Assembly (NCBI GenBank): GCA_017632855.1
Contig: JAGBQM010000009.1
Location: 7,082-71,081, forward strand
Direction of reading: 5' to 3'
Source: Aeriscardovia sp.
Lineage (GTDB): Bacteria > Actinomycetota > Actinomycetes > Actinomycetales > Bifidobacteriaceae
DNA length: 64,000 nucleotides
This document shows positions 8,421 to 17,440 of this stretch, one piece after another. The number at the start of each line of letters is the position of its first letter. Within the stretch, counting starts at the first letter, position 1. The notes beneath the pieces were generated by a model. It was given only the letters and a program-made list of their open reading frames with translations, was not told where the DNA came from and made no database searches. Both the position numbers and the translations under genes were made by a program.

Positions 8421-10845
8421 ATAGGTGCTTCTTTTCCATGTATTTCATGTAAAGAGCCCCCAAAGCCATCCTGAGCCAGTAAGTGGCCAGGCGGAAAAGC
8501 AGGGTCGCGGAGACCGCTATGGCCCCCGGGACCCCGATGCCGATGAAGGTAGTCGAAAGCACCGTCTCTATCGCCCCCAACCCTCCCGGAGTGGGCACTG
8601 CGGATCCCACTCCGTTTGCAAAGAGGAAGAGGAAGAGGGTTTCTATGAAATTCAGGTGGTACCCGAAGGCGAGAAGCGAAAACCAGAAGGCCATATCCAA
8701 AGCCGTATTTTGAACGATTGAGCCGGCCATGGAAATCAGGAGGGTGAGGGGGTGGGAAAATAGCTTCCCCAGCATGGATCCGTATGTCTTGAGCACGGGG
8801 AAGCACTTTTTCCTTATCCAATTCCTTACGGGCTTTATCGCCATCGCCAGGGCCACCAGCCCCACCAAAACTCCCACCGTGACTATGATTATCATCTTGT
8901 TGGGAATGAGGTTGTGAAAGACGTTTTGACCCGTAAAGAAGCCAAGAACGATAAACATGAGGATGGTGGTGGAAAATTCGGTCACCGTATCGGCGCTGGC
9001 TATGGCCGTAGCCTCGGTGTTACTGTAGCCGATTTTCCTCAGGAAGGTGATATTTACGGCTATGGGGCCCGCTATTGCAGGCATTGAGACTGCGGCAAAG
9101 CTGGCCACGGCCTGGGTTCCTAAGATCCCGAGGTGGTGCCTTTTCCTTTTGGACTTGTCTATAAAGATGCCGAAAGCCGTAGCCGAACCCGTCCACGCCA
9201 CCAGGCCTATGGCGCAGGCCGCCAAAGACCACCACGGATTGGCCCCTTCTATGGCCTTTATAACCTGTTTGAAATTCAGCTGGGTAAAGACCACGATCAG
9301 GGCTATCGTAACTAAAAGAACGGTGATGAAGCGCCTTATATTGAACCTGGCGAGCCTGACGGTTTGAAGCATTTTGTCTTCATCCCTTGCGGCGCCTTCA
9401 AGGGAGCTTTTAAGGGGTTTTAAGACCTTTTTCCTCCACCCCTTCTCCCTTCTTGTGGATTTGGGGATGACGATGGTTTGGGCGTAGGGGAAAAGAGTGG
9501 CGAGCTCGCCTGCCCCCAGCACCTCTTTTGCAATCTCCATGGTCTTTTTAACTCCCGTAAAATCCGACAAAACCGCCAGGAGCTGGATCATGTCGATTTT
9601 TTTGTGTGCCGCGCCGGAAATCACGTCCCCCCCGGACCACCCGACCAGGAAGGGATCCCCCTGGCCGTTTCTGGCCAAAGAGGAGGGGGAAATGTTTCTG
9701 TGGGTAAGGCCCTTTTTATGCAGGGAGTTTAAGTAGGAGATGAGGGATTTTACGTCCGCTTCGCTGATGGAAGAGGAGGCGATGGGAGAAAAAGGGATGG
9801 AGGGGATGTCAAACACCATGAATGCCGAATCGGAAACGGCCCCCACCCTGGCCGGACGCGGGGCGGGGGCGCTCATGTCTTTCAAGTCCAAAAGGATCGC
9901 GTAGTGGCGTTCGGCCATGGCTTCTACGGACCTGTCGTGCCGTATGGTCAGGCCCTCCATTTTGATTGCGTCCCAGATCTGCTTTAAATACCTTAGGGAG
10001 TGCTGCTGCTCGTCGTTTACCACCATAAGGTAGTTCTTCCCTCCTGAGCAAAGGGAATAGTATCTGGAGCGCTTCGCCCCGTCGCAGCAGATTTTTTGCG
10101 CTGTAGAAGGCTCTATCCTTTCCAGCCTTTCTACTTCCATGCCGCACGCCCCCAGCGCCATTGCCAGTTGCGATCCCCACGCCCCGGAACTTGGAGTGCC
10201 GAAGGCCAGCCTGAAGGCAAGCCCTATCCATGCTCCGCTGAAAATGGCCATAAGTGAAGCGGGGACGGTGGAGAGGGAGGCTATGACTACGATTGCCAGG
10301 GCGCAGTAATACACCTTCCACGCCCATGCCAGCTTGTTTCTCATGCTTCTTCCGTTTGAAGCCGTAAGGAAGGCCATAACGGTCAGAGAGGCGTCAAACG
10401 CCCCGGCTCTGAAAGAAGATCCCGCTCCTAAAAAGCTGTCGAGGCGGTAAATGAAAAACAGGTGGGCGCAAATTACGGATATGCAAAATCCGCTTATGAG
10501 GGCCAGGGCGCAAGTGAGGGCCGGAATCCACATTTTTTTCAGCAACAGCTGGATGAAAACGGCTATGACTATGGCGGAAAGGACTATGTTGAAGAGGAGG
10601 GAGAGGGGGAGGAGCACCAGCCATGAAAAGGGGTATGAGACCCTCCTCACGTCGCTTTCTATGCTGTTTGTAGTGTTTTTCAGCCAAAGGGAGCTTATAA
10701 CCACGAGGGCTGAAAGGACGAGGAAAAGGGCGAGCTTAGCCAAATCCCTCCAGTCCCTCATGCGCTTGGGGGTCCGGTCTATGATTTTCGCCCCATTGAG
10801 ATCGGGGGCCGCTTGCGCCTTGGCCGCCTTCTTCTTCCCTACCAT
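8416..10845 (-). CDS. large polytopic membrane protein with a C-terminal lysylphosphatidylglycerol-synthase-TM (MprF flippase-like) domain
   Basis: 809 aa. Several N-terminal TM helices, a ~240-aa soluble middle region (includes GLTHRNISPSSL, faintly kinase-like), and a C-terminal ~330 aa multi-TM region resembling the LPG_synthase_TM/flippase-like family. Confidence 0.6.
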   Translation of the reverse strand: MVGKKKAAKAQAAPDLNGAKIIDRTPKRMRDWRDLAKLALFLVLSALVVISSLWLKNTTNSIESDVRRVSYPFSWLVLLPLSLLFNIVLSAIVIAVFIQLLLKKMWIPALTCALALISGFCISVICAHLFFIYRLDSFLGAGSSFRAGAFDASLTVMAFLTASNGRSMRNKLAWAWKVYYCALAIVVIASLSTVPASLMAIFSGAWIGLAFRLAFGTPSSGAWGSQLAMALGACGMEVERLERIEPSTAQKICCDGAKRSRYYSLCSGGKNYLMVVNDEQQHSLRYLKQIWDAIKMEGLTIRHDRSVEAMAERHYAILLDLKDMSAPAPRPARVGAVSDSAFMVFDIPSIPFSPIASSSISEADVKSLISYLNSLHKKGLTHRNISPSSLARNGQGDPFLVGWSGGDVISGAAHKKIDMIQLLAVLSDFTGVKKTMEIAKEVLGAGELATLFPYAQTIVIPKSTRREKGWRKKVLKPLKSSLEGAARDEDKMLQTVRLARFNIRRFITVLLVTIALIVVFTQLNFKQVIKAIEGANPWWSLAACAIGLVAWTGSATAFGIFIDKSKRKRHHLGILGTQAVASFAAVSMPAIAGPIAVNITFLRKIGYSNTEATAIASADTVTEFSTTILMFIVLGFFTGQNVFHNLIPNKMIIIVTVGVLVGLVALAMAIKPVRNWIRKKCFPVLKTYGSMLGKLFSHPLTLLISMAGSIVQNTALDMAFWFSLLAFGYHLNFIETLFLFLFANGVGSAVPTPGGLGAIETVLSTTFIGIGVPGAIAVSATLLFRLATYWLRMALGALYMKYMEKKHLL

Positions 10846-11414
10846 GGCTTTGTCACCTTTTGGCTTTGAGGGACGGCTGTAGACGAATCAGCGGAAGAGG
10901 AAGAGGGGTTGAGGGTATTTGAAGAGAGAAGGGAGTTCAATTTCTGTTGGTTTTGGACTTCCTGCTGCCTCTCCTGGGTCATTTGCTGGGCCGACTGGGA
11001 AGAGGGGGCCGACTGGGAAGAGGATGAAGAGGCGAGGGAGGAGGCCGAAGAGGATCTTGAGCGCAGATCTATTTCCTGATTCACTTGGTTGGCAAGTTCT
11101 ATGGCCTTGGCTATCGCCTTCTTGGAAGAGGGAAACTGAAGGGCGGAAGTTTCCTGCTCCTGATAAAGCTGGGAGAGGACCTGGGCCTGGGAAGCCTTCA
11201 GGGAATCCAGATTGGGGTTTGCCAGCTGAAGGGCCAGGATGTCTCCCTTCAAAAGGGCGCTCGTCGCATCGAAATTGTTGACCACGCTCCAGTTCAGGAA
11301 GAAAAAGTAGGTGAGAAACGCCATTACGGCCCCACCGCATACCGCCAACGCCACCCTCCATCGGGGCAGCTTCGTCCTTCCGCTCCTCCTCAGCCTGTCT
11401 TCCCGTTTTTTCAC
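10839..11414 (-). CDS. single-pass membrane protein with a Ser/Gln-rich low-complexity tail (last gene of the MoxR/vWA operon)
   Basis: I chose the GTG at 11414 because it overlaps the upstream TGA (GTGA). Basic N-terminus, one TM (VALAVCGGAVMAFLTYFFFL), a coiled-coil-like segment, then an S/Q-rich tail. The 3' end overlaps the next gene start by 7 nt. Confidence 0.6.
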   Translation of the reverse strand: MKKREDRLRRSGRTKLPRWRVALAVCGGAVMAFLTYFFFLNWSVVNNFDATSALLKGDILALQLANPNLDSLKASQAQVLSQLYQEQETSALQFPSSKKAIAKAIELANQVNQEIDLRSRSSSASSLASSSSSQSAPSSQSAQQMTQERQQEVQNQQKLNSLLSSNTLNPSSSSADSSTAVPQSQKVTKPW

Positions 11415-12433
11415 TGGTATTTCCTTTGCTTGAAAATATCCGATCCGCACTCCCACAAAAGAAGGGCGGCCATCACTATGGCCAGGGGCCAAACCTGGAT
11501 ATCGCGCATGGAGTGCTTGCGATCGGTTTCCCTCACCAGATAGCTGTGGGAGGCGTAGGAGGAGAGGGAAGCTACCGTGGTATTTTGGTCAAGATGCAGG
11601 TAGGTTCCGGAGAACTGATCCGCAATTTCCTTCAAATTCTGGGGATTCATTTTTGAAATGGCGGGAGAAGAAGATCCCGGCTCATTTAAATAGCGGGGAG
11701 GGGTGCTCTGCCCGCTGGAAAGGTCCTGGGGGGAAATGAAGGGCACTTTCCCTCCCTTTACGCTTCCTACCCCCAGCGCGGCTCCGGCATCTACAAACTG
11801 GCGAAGGGGGGAGAAGGAGGCGGCCTCCACATCTCTGGTCTGCTCCCCGTCAGATATGTAGTAAAGGACGATTATGTTTCTGGGGTACTGCTTTTTAACC
11901 TTCTGCATCGCCAAAAGCAGGGTGTCGACGGGTTCGCTTAGCTGAGTGCCGTTGGAAGCGTCCGTAGGTTCCACTTCCATCACCCTCAACCAGTTTTGCA
12001 CTGCTCCTACGTCCGTAGTGGGCTCGAGGGCCAAAGTGGCCGAAGCCCCGAAGGTGACGCCCGCAAATGCGGCTCCGGGGTACATCGACACCAGGTTTTC
12101 CACTGCGTCTTTGGCGGCCTGAATCCTTGGAATGGCCCTGTTTGAGCCGTAGTGGGCGTCATCTACCGCCATGGATCCCGTCACGTCCACCGCGAAGAAA
12201 ACATCGGTATCGGAAATCGCGTTGGAAGAAGAGGAAGTGACTACGGAGGGACCCAGGGTCAAAAGTATGGCGACAATCGTTATAAGCCAGCGGCGCAGCC
12301 AATCCAGGTGGGTGGAATCGGAAGAATTTCTGTGCCTCCAAAATATTAGAAATCCGGTCCCGCAGCAAAGGAACAGGAGGATGTCTAAAAGGATGGTGAG
12401 AGTCCAGCTGTGAAGAAGGGGGGTAAAGGCCAA
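11411..12433 (-). CDS. von Willebrand factor A domain membrane protein (BatB-like)
   Basis: vWA MIDAS context VFFAVDVTGSM. N-terminal TM helices and a C-terminal TM. My preferred start is the TTG at 12433, 8 nt after AAGGAGG, giving MAFTPLL. In-frame ATGs at 12454 and 12505 are alternatives. Confidence 0.8.
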   Translation of the reverse strand: MAFTPLLHSWTLTILLDILLFLCCGTGFLIFWRHRNSSDSTHLDWLRRWLITIVAILLTLGPSVVTSSSSNAISDTDVFFAVDVTGSMAVDDAHYGSNRAIPRIQAAKDAVENLVSMYPGAAFAGVTFGASATLALEPTTDVGAVQNWLRVMEVEPTDASNGTQLSEPVDTLLLAMQKVKKQYPRNIIVLYYISDGEQTRDVEAASFSPLRQFVDAGAALGVGSVKGGKVPFISPQDLSSGQSTPPRYLNEPGSSSPAISKMNPQNLKEIADQFSGTYLHLDQNTTVASLSSYASHSYLVRETDRKHSMRDIQVWPLAIVMAALLLWECGSDIFKQRKYQ

Positions 12434-12438
12434 TCCGC

Positions 12439-13593
12439 TCACCTCCTTACCCATCCCAAAAGCAGGAACAGCGCGCAGATTAGCGCTACCAGGACTATCA
12501 CCCACACATCCGGGTTATCGGTTATGTCCACAGTCTGTTCCTTAGTCTTTTGCGTTATCTTCTGGTCCTCTATGCTTTGCACCAGTTCTTCAACCGATTG
12601 GCCGTTTTGACGCGAAAAGAAAGATCCTCCCTCCCAATCTATCTGTTGCCTGAAGGCCTGGGCGTCGGGAGTGGAGAGGCTGGAATTGGGGCCTATGTAA
12701 AGGCCGTCAACCCTTATGGAGTTCAGCTTTGCCAGCCTGACGGCCTGGTGAAGGGTGTAAATGGGCCTGCCAGCGAGAATGTTGTCGGTGGCAAGCACTA
12801 TGGAAGCCGGAGTCACCCTGGCCTGCTGGGTCTGGGCCGAGGCGCTGAATCCCGGCAGCATGTTTTCGCAGCTTACCAGCCCGTCTCCTATAAGCGAGCT
12901 CGACCCCTTCATGTTATCCGTGCCGGAGAGAAAGTTATTTATGTCCTGGTACTGCTGGGTGGTCATATTGTTGATGCTGGTCTGGTTGACTACGCCTTTA
13001 AGGGCCGTAAGGGCGCTGTCCAGCTCGCTTGTCACAAGCTTGTAGTCGTCTGTGAGGGGGAAAACGGTCTTGGAAGTGGAATTGAAAATGCTCATTCCAA
13101 TCCTTTCCGTCTTAAACTTTGAAACGAGTTGAAGATAGCTGGATATAACCTGCTCGTCAAAGGGGAGGGCGGAACCCGAAACGTCCAGGCACAGCACGAT
13201 GTTTCTAGAGACGCTCGAAGTTTGAAGCTTTTCTATGGAACTGGGCCTTGAAACCAGGCCCATAGAACAGCCGAAGGCCAAAAGGGCCAGGGCGGTGCAC
13301 GAGATTACGAGCGCTTTATAGGTCCTGTATTGGTTCCAGGCCGTGCCCTTCAGCCTGGTCTTAAGCCCCCAGCTAAGCAGCCTTATTCCGGGAGTTTGCT
13401 TTCTGTGCTTGTTTCCCAGAGCCTGGAGGGTGGTTTTAAGCCTCTCTTTGGAGCTTAAGATTTTAGCCGCGTCGGGCTTCAAGTATTTTTTTCTGGTAAA
13501 CCAAAAGACCAGGATAAGGAGGATGAGGAGGAGGATTCCTCCCACCAAAAGAGCCCATGGCCACCTGAGAATAATGCCGCTCACGAGTTCCAC
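12439..13593 (-). CDS. von Willebrand factor A domain membrane protein (BatA-like)
   Basis: N-terminal ILRWPWALL plus TM, vWA MIDAS context IVLCLDVSGS, and a C-terminal TM anchor. Confidence 0.8.
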   Translation of the reverse strand: MELVSGIILRWPWALLVGGILLLILLILVFWFTRKKYLKPDAAKILSSKERLKTTLQALGNKHRKQTPGIRLLSWGLKTRLKGTAWNQYRTYKALVISCTALALLAFGCSMGLVSRPSSIEKLQTSSVSRNIVLCLDVSGSALPFDEQVISSYLQLVSKFKTERIGMSIFNSTSKTVFPLTDDYKLVTSELDSALTALKGVVNQTSINNMTTQQYQDINNFLSGTDNMKGSSSLIGDGLVSCENMLPGFSASAQTQQARVTPASIVLATDNILAGRPIYTLHQAVRLAKLNSIRVDGLYIGPNSSLSTPDAQAFRQQIDWEGGSFFSRQNGQSVEELVQSIEDQKITQKTKEQTVDITDNPDVWVIVLVALICALFLLLGWVRR

Positions 13594-14075
13594 CTGCTTA
13601 TAAGGTCCTCTACCCAGTTGGCCGCGCTTTCCACCGTGGCTTCGTCAGCCGCCCTGTCGCTTTCGGCGTTCGCGTATTCCGGAGGATAGAGGGCGGAAAT
13701 GGTCTGCCTAAACAGCTCGTACCTCTTTCTGTTGCTCACAGGCGCCCATTCGAGATCGCGAAGGGTTTTGGAATAGAGGTTTAAGTCCATCTCTTCGGAT
13801 ACGAATTCCCTAGCCAGGCGCGAAAGCATGGCGTAAGCCTCTACTTCCTCCACCTCCCCTTCGGAGTACTTCCGCTTTATTTCCTCTACCTTTTCCACCC
13901 ATTCCGAGGCGTCTTTTTTCTCGTTATGCCTTCCGGAGCCGTCTTCTTTGGCCTTGGGGGGGATCAGGAGGGGGAGGGCTATGATGGCCACGGTTAAAAT
14001 CAGCGCTATTATCCCAATGGCCATAAGGGCCGGGCTGTAACCCAAAGAAGGGACCGCACTCGCATTTATCTTCAC
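13581..14075 (-). CDS. small membrane protein, DUF4381-like
   Basis: 164 aa with one N-terminal TM and an acidic helical domain. It sits between the DUF58 and vWA genes, as in Bat/MoxR operons. Confidence 0.55.
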   Translation of the reverse strand: MKINASAVPSLGYSPALMAIGIIALILTVAIIALPLLIPPKAKEDGSGRHNEKKDASEWVEKVEEIKRKYSEGEVEEVEAYAMLSRLAREFVSEEMDLNLYSKTLRDLEWAPVSNRKRYELFRQTISALYPPEYANAESDRAADEATVESAANWVEDLISRWNS

Positions 14076-14078
14076 GCT

Positions 14079-14996
14079 CTAACTCCTGAGCAGGCTGGAC
14101 CTTTGAGGCCTGGGGCCGCGCAGCCTCTGGCCCACGAAATGAATGAAAGTGGAAAGCATTTCCTCGCTGCTCCCGGCTCTTAACAGGACGTCGCCATGCC
14201 GTACGAGGGCTTTTTCGAAAGCGTTGGCAAGGACTTTGCTTCTGGCGTCTATCTCCTTTGACAGGGACTTGCTTTGAAGGAAGGAAGGCATGTAACGCCC
14301 GGAAGAGGCGTCCTGCACGTCCTGGTTGTCCGGGTCGAAGGGGTTTAGGGGCTCTACCGATACGAAAATCACGGTATGCCTTTGAGAGATGGAGGCTATA
14401 AGCTGCTCGTGCCTGGCGTCCATGGCCCCGTCGTCTGTAGCTATCACTATCAGGCCTTTGCCCTGCCTTATACCTTGAACGTACTGCAGAAGGGAAGTGA
14501 AATCCCTTTCAGCCGGCTTCAAATCCTTCAGGGCGGCTTCCAGCACGCTGTCGAATTTTTGGTACCCCCCGTTGAAAGGGATGCGCGAGATTGTCTGGCT
14601 GTCGGCCAAAACCAGCGATATGTCGTCGCTTCTTTTAAGGCTTACCGCGGCAAACATCCTCAAAGCGTTGGCCGCCACAGTGAGCAGGGTTTCCCTTCCC
14701 CTGGCCGTCCCCCCCATCTGGGCGGAAGAGTCTAGGATGAGCCAGAGGGTGGAAGCCACTTCCCTTTGCCTGTTTACCACTATCGGCCTTCCGCTCCTTC
14801 CGGAAGCTTTCCAGTCCACGAACTGGATGCCCTCCCCAGGCTCATAGGGCCGAAGATCGGAATAGTCGTAGCCTCCGCCCTTCTGCCTGGAGGCGTGTTC
14901 GCCTTCCAAGGATCCCAGGGTCTTTATGGCGGTTGGAAGCGAAAGCCTGGATCCGAAAGCCTCTATCTTCGCCCTCAAAGGATCCTTTTGGCTCAT
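14079..14996 (-). CDS. DUF58 family protein (vWA-like, MoxR partner)
   Basis: 305 aa. Motif YDYSDLRPYEPGEGIQFVDWKASGR is typical of DUF58. It directly follows moxR with a 4-nt overlap. Confidence 0.85.
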   Translation of the reverse strand: MSQKDPLRAKIEAFGSRLSLPTAIKTLGSLEGEHASRQKGGGYDYSDLRPYEPGEGIQFVDWKASGRSGRPIVVNRQREVASTLWLILDSSAQMGGTARGRETLLTVAANALRMFAAVSLKRSDDISLVLADSQTISRIPFNGGYQKFDSVLEAALKDLKPAERDFTSLLQYVQGIRQGKGLIVIATDDGAMDARHEQLIASISQRHTVIFVSVEPLNPFDPDNQDVQDASSGRYMPSFLQSKSLSKEIDARSKVLANAFEKALVRHGDVLLRAGSSEEMLSTFIHFVGQRLRGPRPQRSSLLRS

Positions 14997-16021
14997 GGAA
15001 CCGGTACCACCTCCAAAACTTTGGCTATCACTTCATCGCTGGTAAGCCCGTCGGCCAGGGCTTCAAACGTGAGAAGCACCCTGTGGCGCAAAATATTGGA
15101 GGCGAAATATTTCATGTCTTCCGGCACCACGTAGTCTCGGCCCTGCATGAGTGCCGAAGCCTGCCCCACCCTCACCAGGGCTATGGAGGCCCTGGGGGAA
15201 GCCCCAAGCCTTACCAGCTGGTGCAGCCCCCTTATGGGTTTGCTTCCTTCCCCGCGCGTAGTTTCTACAAGGTCTACGGCGTATTTTATGACCTGCTGGC
15301 TGACGTGCACCTTTTTGGCGGCAGCCCTGAGAAACTTAACGTCGCTCGTATCTATCCTCTGGGCGAAGTGGAGATCGAAGCGATCCTTTCCCCTGGAGAT
15401 TACTAGGTCTAAGATTTGCTGTTCTTCTTCCTCCGAGGGGTAGGACATGACGGCCTTCATCAAAAACCTGTCCATCTGGGCTTCGGGCAGGTTGTACGTC
15501 CCCTCTTCCTCTATGGGGTTTTGCGTGGCTATGACCATGAAGGGATCGGGCAGCTCTATCTTCTCCCCCCCTATGGTTACCGCATTTTCGGCCATGGCTT
15601 CCAGCATTGCCGACTGCGTCTTGGCGCTGGAGCGGTTGATTTCGTCGAGCAGGACGAAATTGGCGTTAATGGGGCCGATCTGAGTTATGAGGCACTGAGT
15701 CTGGAAATCGAAAATCTGGGTGCCCACCAAATCGGAGGGCATGAGATCCGGAGTGCACTGTATGCGCTTGAAAGTGCCGGAAACCGCATGGGCCAGAGTT
15801 TGGGCCGCGGTAGTTTTGGCGAGTCCCGGCACGGATTCTATAAGCACGTGCCCTCCTGCCACCAGCGCCGCTATGAGGGTCTCTCTTAGGTCGATTTGGC
15901 CGATGACCTGAGTGGCGAATCCTTCGCGCAGGATTTTAATCGCAATCGAGGCCCGGTCAATCTCTTTGCTGCTTAAAGCAGCCTTGTCTTCGGAGGCGGG
16001 AGAAGAGGGAAAAAGTGACAT
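14993..16021 (-). CDS. moxR: MoxR-family AAA+ ATPase
   Basis: Walker A ESVPGLAKTT, Walker B VLLDEINR, and overall MoxR length and layout (342 aa). Confidence 0.9.
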   Translation of the reverse strand: MSLFPSSPASEDKAALSSKEIDRASIAIKILREGFATQVIGQIDLRETLIAALVAGGHVLIESVPGLAKTTAAQTLAHAVSGTFKRIQCTPDLMPSDLVGTQIFDFQTQCLITQIGPINANFVLLDEINRSSAKTQSAMLEAMAENAVTIGGEKIELPDPFMVIATQNPIEEEGTYNLPEAQMDRFLMKAVMSYPSEEEEQQILDLVISRGKDRFDLHFAQRIDTSDVKFLRAAAKKVHVSQQVIKYAVDLVETTRGEGSKPIRGLHQLVRLGASPRASIALVRVGQASALMQGRDYVVPEDMKYFASNILRHRVLLTFEALADGLTSDEVIAKVLEVVPVP

Positions 16022-16027
16022 ATTTCT

Positions 16028-16033
16028 ACTCTA
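16028..16033 (-). promoter_or_regulatory. -10-like hexamer TAGAGT placed 6 nt upstream of the moxR ATG (leaderless-type start)
   Basis: Minus strand reads TAGAGT-agaaat-ATG with no SD between them. Confidence 0.4.
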
Positions 16034-16092
16034 CAAAGCCTTTCTAAACGCATGATCTCTGTTTGTACTATAAAGATTTTAAAACCCAGAGC

Positions 16093-16794
16093 CTAAATTC
16101 CTTTTCCTTTGCCGCTCCAATCTATGGGGCTGAGGCCCATTTCTTCCAAAGCTTTATTGGCTCTTGAGAAGGGGCGGGAGCCGAAGAACCCCATGTGGCA
16201 GGAAAGCGGGGAAGGATGGGAGGACTCTATTATCACGGCGCTTCCCAGCTCGGGCTTGAGGGAGGCGGCGGGCTTTCCCCATAAGATCGCCACAAGCTTC
16301 GTCCTTCCTTCCGAAGTCTTTTCTTTAACGAGGGCTTCCACTGCCGCCTTCGTCACTTCCTCCCAGCCTTTATCCTTATGGCTCGCCCTGACCCCTTCCC
16401 TCACGGTAAGGCACCTGTTTAAAAGCAGCACCCCTTGGGAGGCCCAGAATGAGAGGTCCCCGTCGTCCGGACACGCCCCTATGTCGTCTTTCATCTCCTG
16501 ATATATGTTTTGAAGGCTCTTTGGGATTTTGGATCCCTTTTCCACCGAAAAAGCCAGCCCCACGGCGTCTCCCGGAGTGGGATAGGGGTCTTGGCCCACT
16601 ATCAAAACCTTTACCTCATCCATGGGCATGGAAAAAGCCCTGAAAATGCGATTGGGGGCCGGAAGGTACCTTTTCCCTTCTTTCGCTTCCTGACGCAAAA
16701 AATCCCCAAGTTCCCGTATCTTGCCTTCCACCGGAGCTAAAGCTTTGGCCCATGAAGGGTCCATCAATTCTTCCAAATCTTTTTTCGGAGCCAT
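16093..16794 (-). CDS. ung: uracil-DNA glycosylase, family 1
   Basis: Motifs VGQDPYP and SSHPSPLS. I chose the ATG at 16794 (MAPKKDLEEL). The 62 upstream codons of the ORF-track entry have no UDG similarity. Confidence 0.9.
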   Translation of the reverse strand: MAPKKDLEELMDPSWAKALAPVEGKIRELGDFLRQEAKEGKRYLPAPNRIFRAFSMPMDEVKVLIVGQDPYPTPGDAVGLAFSVEKGSKIPKSLQNIYQEMKDDIGACPDDGDLSFWASQGVLLLNRCLTVREGVRASHKDKGWEEVTKAAVEALVKEKTSEGRTKLVAILWGKPAASLKPELGSAVIIESSHPSPLSCHMGFFGSRPFSRANKALEEMGLSPIDWSGKGKGI

Positions 16795-16885
16795 ATCCCA
16801 ACCTCGTTTTTTAGTATTCCTAGGGCAAATAATATAAAATCTGAGGCTTAGAGTATTAAAGTGCTCGACTTTGAAAGAGGTGCCC

Positions 16886-17395
16886 ATGGCTTCCAGCTCC
16901 AAGGGGGATTCTGGATTCGACGACGAGTTTGAAACCCCTCCTGCAGGACCTGTAGGTGCGCACAGGGGTATGAAGAGCAAATGGTCCAGATTCCTGCCCT
17001 ACTTCATCGCCTTATGCGTGGCTCTGGCCTTTGGATGCGGAGCATGGGCAGTGTGGACCGAAGTGGCGATAAGAAACAGCCAGCGCGAAGCTGAAAGCCT
17101 TCAGCCCATGGGTTCCCCCGTAGATAAAGGCACGGTCGTCATAGTCTACAACGCGACCGAGATTTCAGGGCTGGCAGGCCGAAACCGAAACACTTTGAAA
17201 GATCAGGGGTTTTCCAACGTCCTGGCCCAAGACTGGCCCGATGAGCAGGCTCCCTCTTCAAACGTCGTCTGGTACAACGGGGCGAATAACGAAAATACTG
17301 CCAACCAGGTAGCCTCCGACCTGGGAATAAGCCAGGTCGTAGAGCAAAGCTATCCGCTGAATGCCCCTATAGAAGCGATATTCGTTACCCCCTGA
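16886..17395 (+). CDS. LytR_C domain-containing membrane protein
   Basis: One TM followed by VVIVYNATEISGLAGRNRNTLKDQGF, typical of the LytR C-terminal domain. ATG at 16886 is preceded by AGAGG. Divergent from ung. Confidence 0.8.
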   Translation: MASSSKGDSGFDDEFETPPAGPVGAHRGMKSKWSRFLPYFIALCVALAFGCGAWAVWTEVAIRNSQREAESLQPMGSPVDKGTVVIVYNATEISGLAGRNRNTLKDQGFSNVLAQDWPDEQAPSSNVVWYNGANNENTANQVASDLGISQVVEQSYPLNAPIEAIFVTP

Positions 17396-17413
17396 GAAAA
17401 AAGCGCCAATAAA

Positions 17414-17440
17414 TTGGCACTCTCAGGAGTAGAGTGCTAA
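17414..17440 (+). promoter_or_regulatory. CIRCE (HrcA) operator overlapping the groEL promoter
   Basis: TTGGCACTC-N9-GAGTGCTAA, one mismatch from the consensus TTAGCACTC-N9-GAGTGCTAA. TTGGCA can also serve as a -35, with TAATCT about 18 nt downstream. Confidence 0.85.

Noticed and set aside
8360-8821. 153-aa ORF overlapping the hup promoter and the 3' end of the MprF-like gene
   Set aside because: Its C-terminus (FIRIMFIMFIMFMKVEL) is just the translated 9-mer tandem repeat. The rest lies out of frame within a convincing membrane-protein gene.
16795-16980. 62-codon N-terminal extension of the ung ORF in the ORF track
   Set aside because: The extension has no UDG similarity and would run across the divergent promoter region and the 5' end of the LytR_C gene. 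The ATG at 16794 gives a standard-length UDG.
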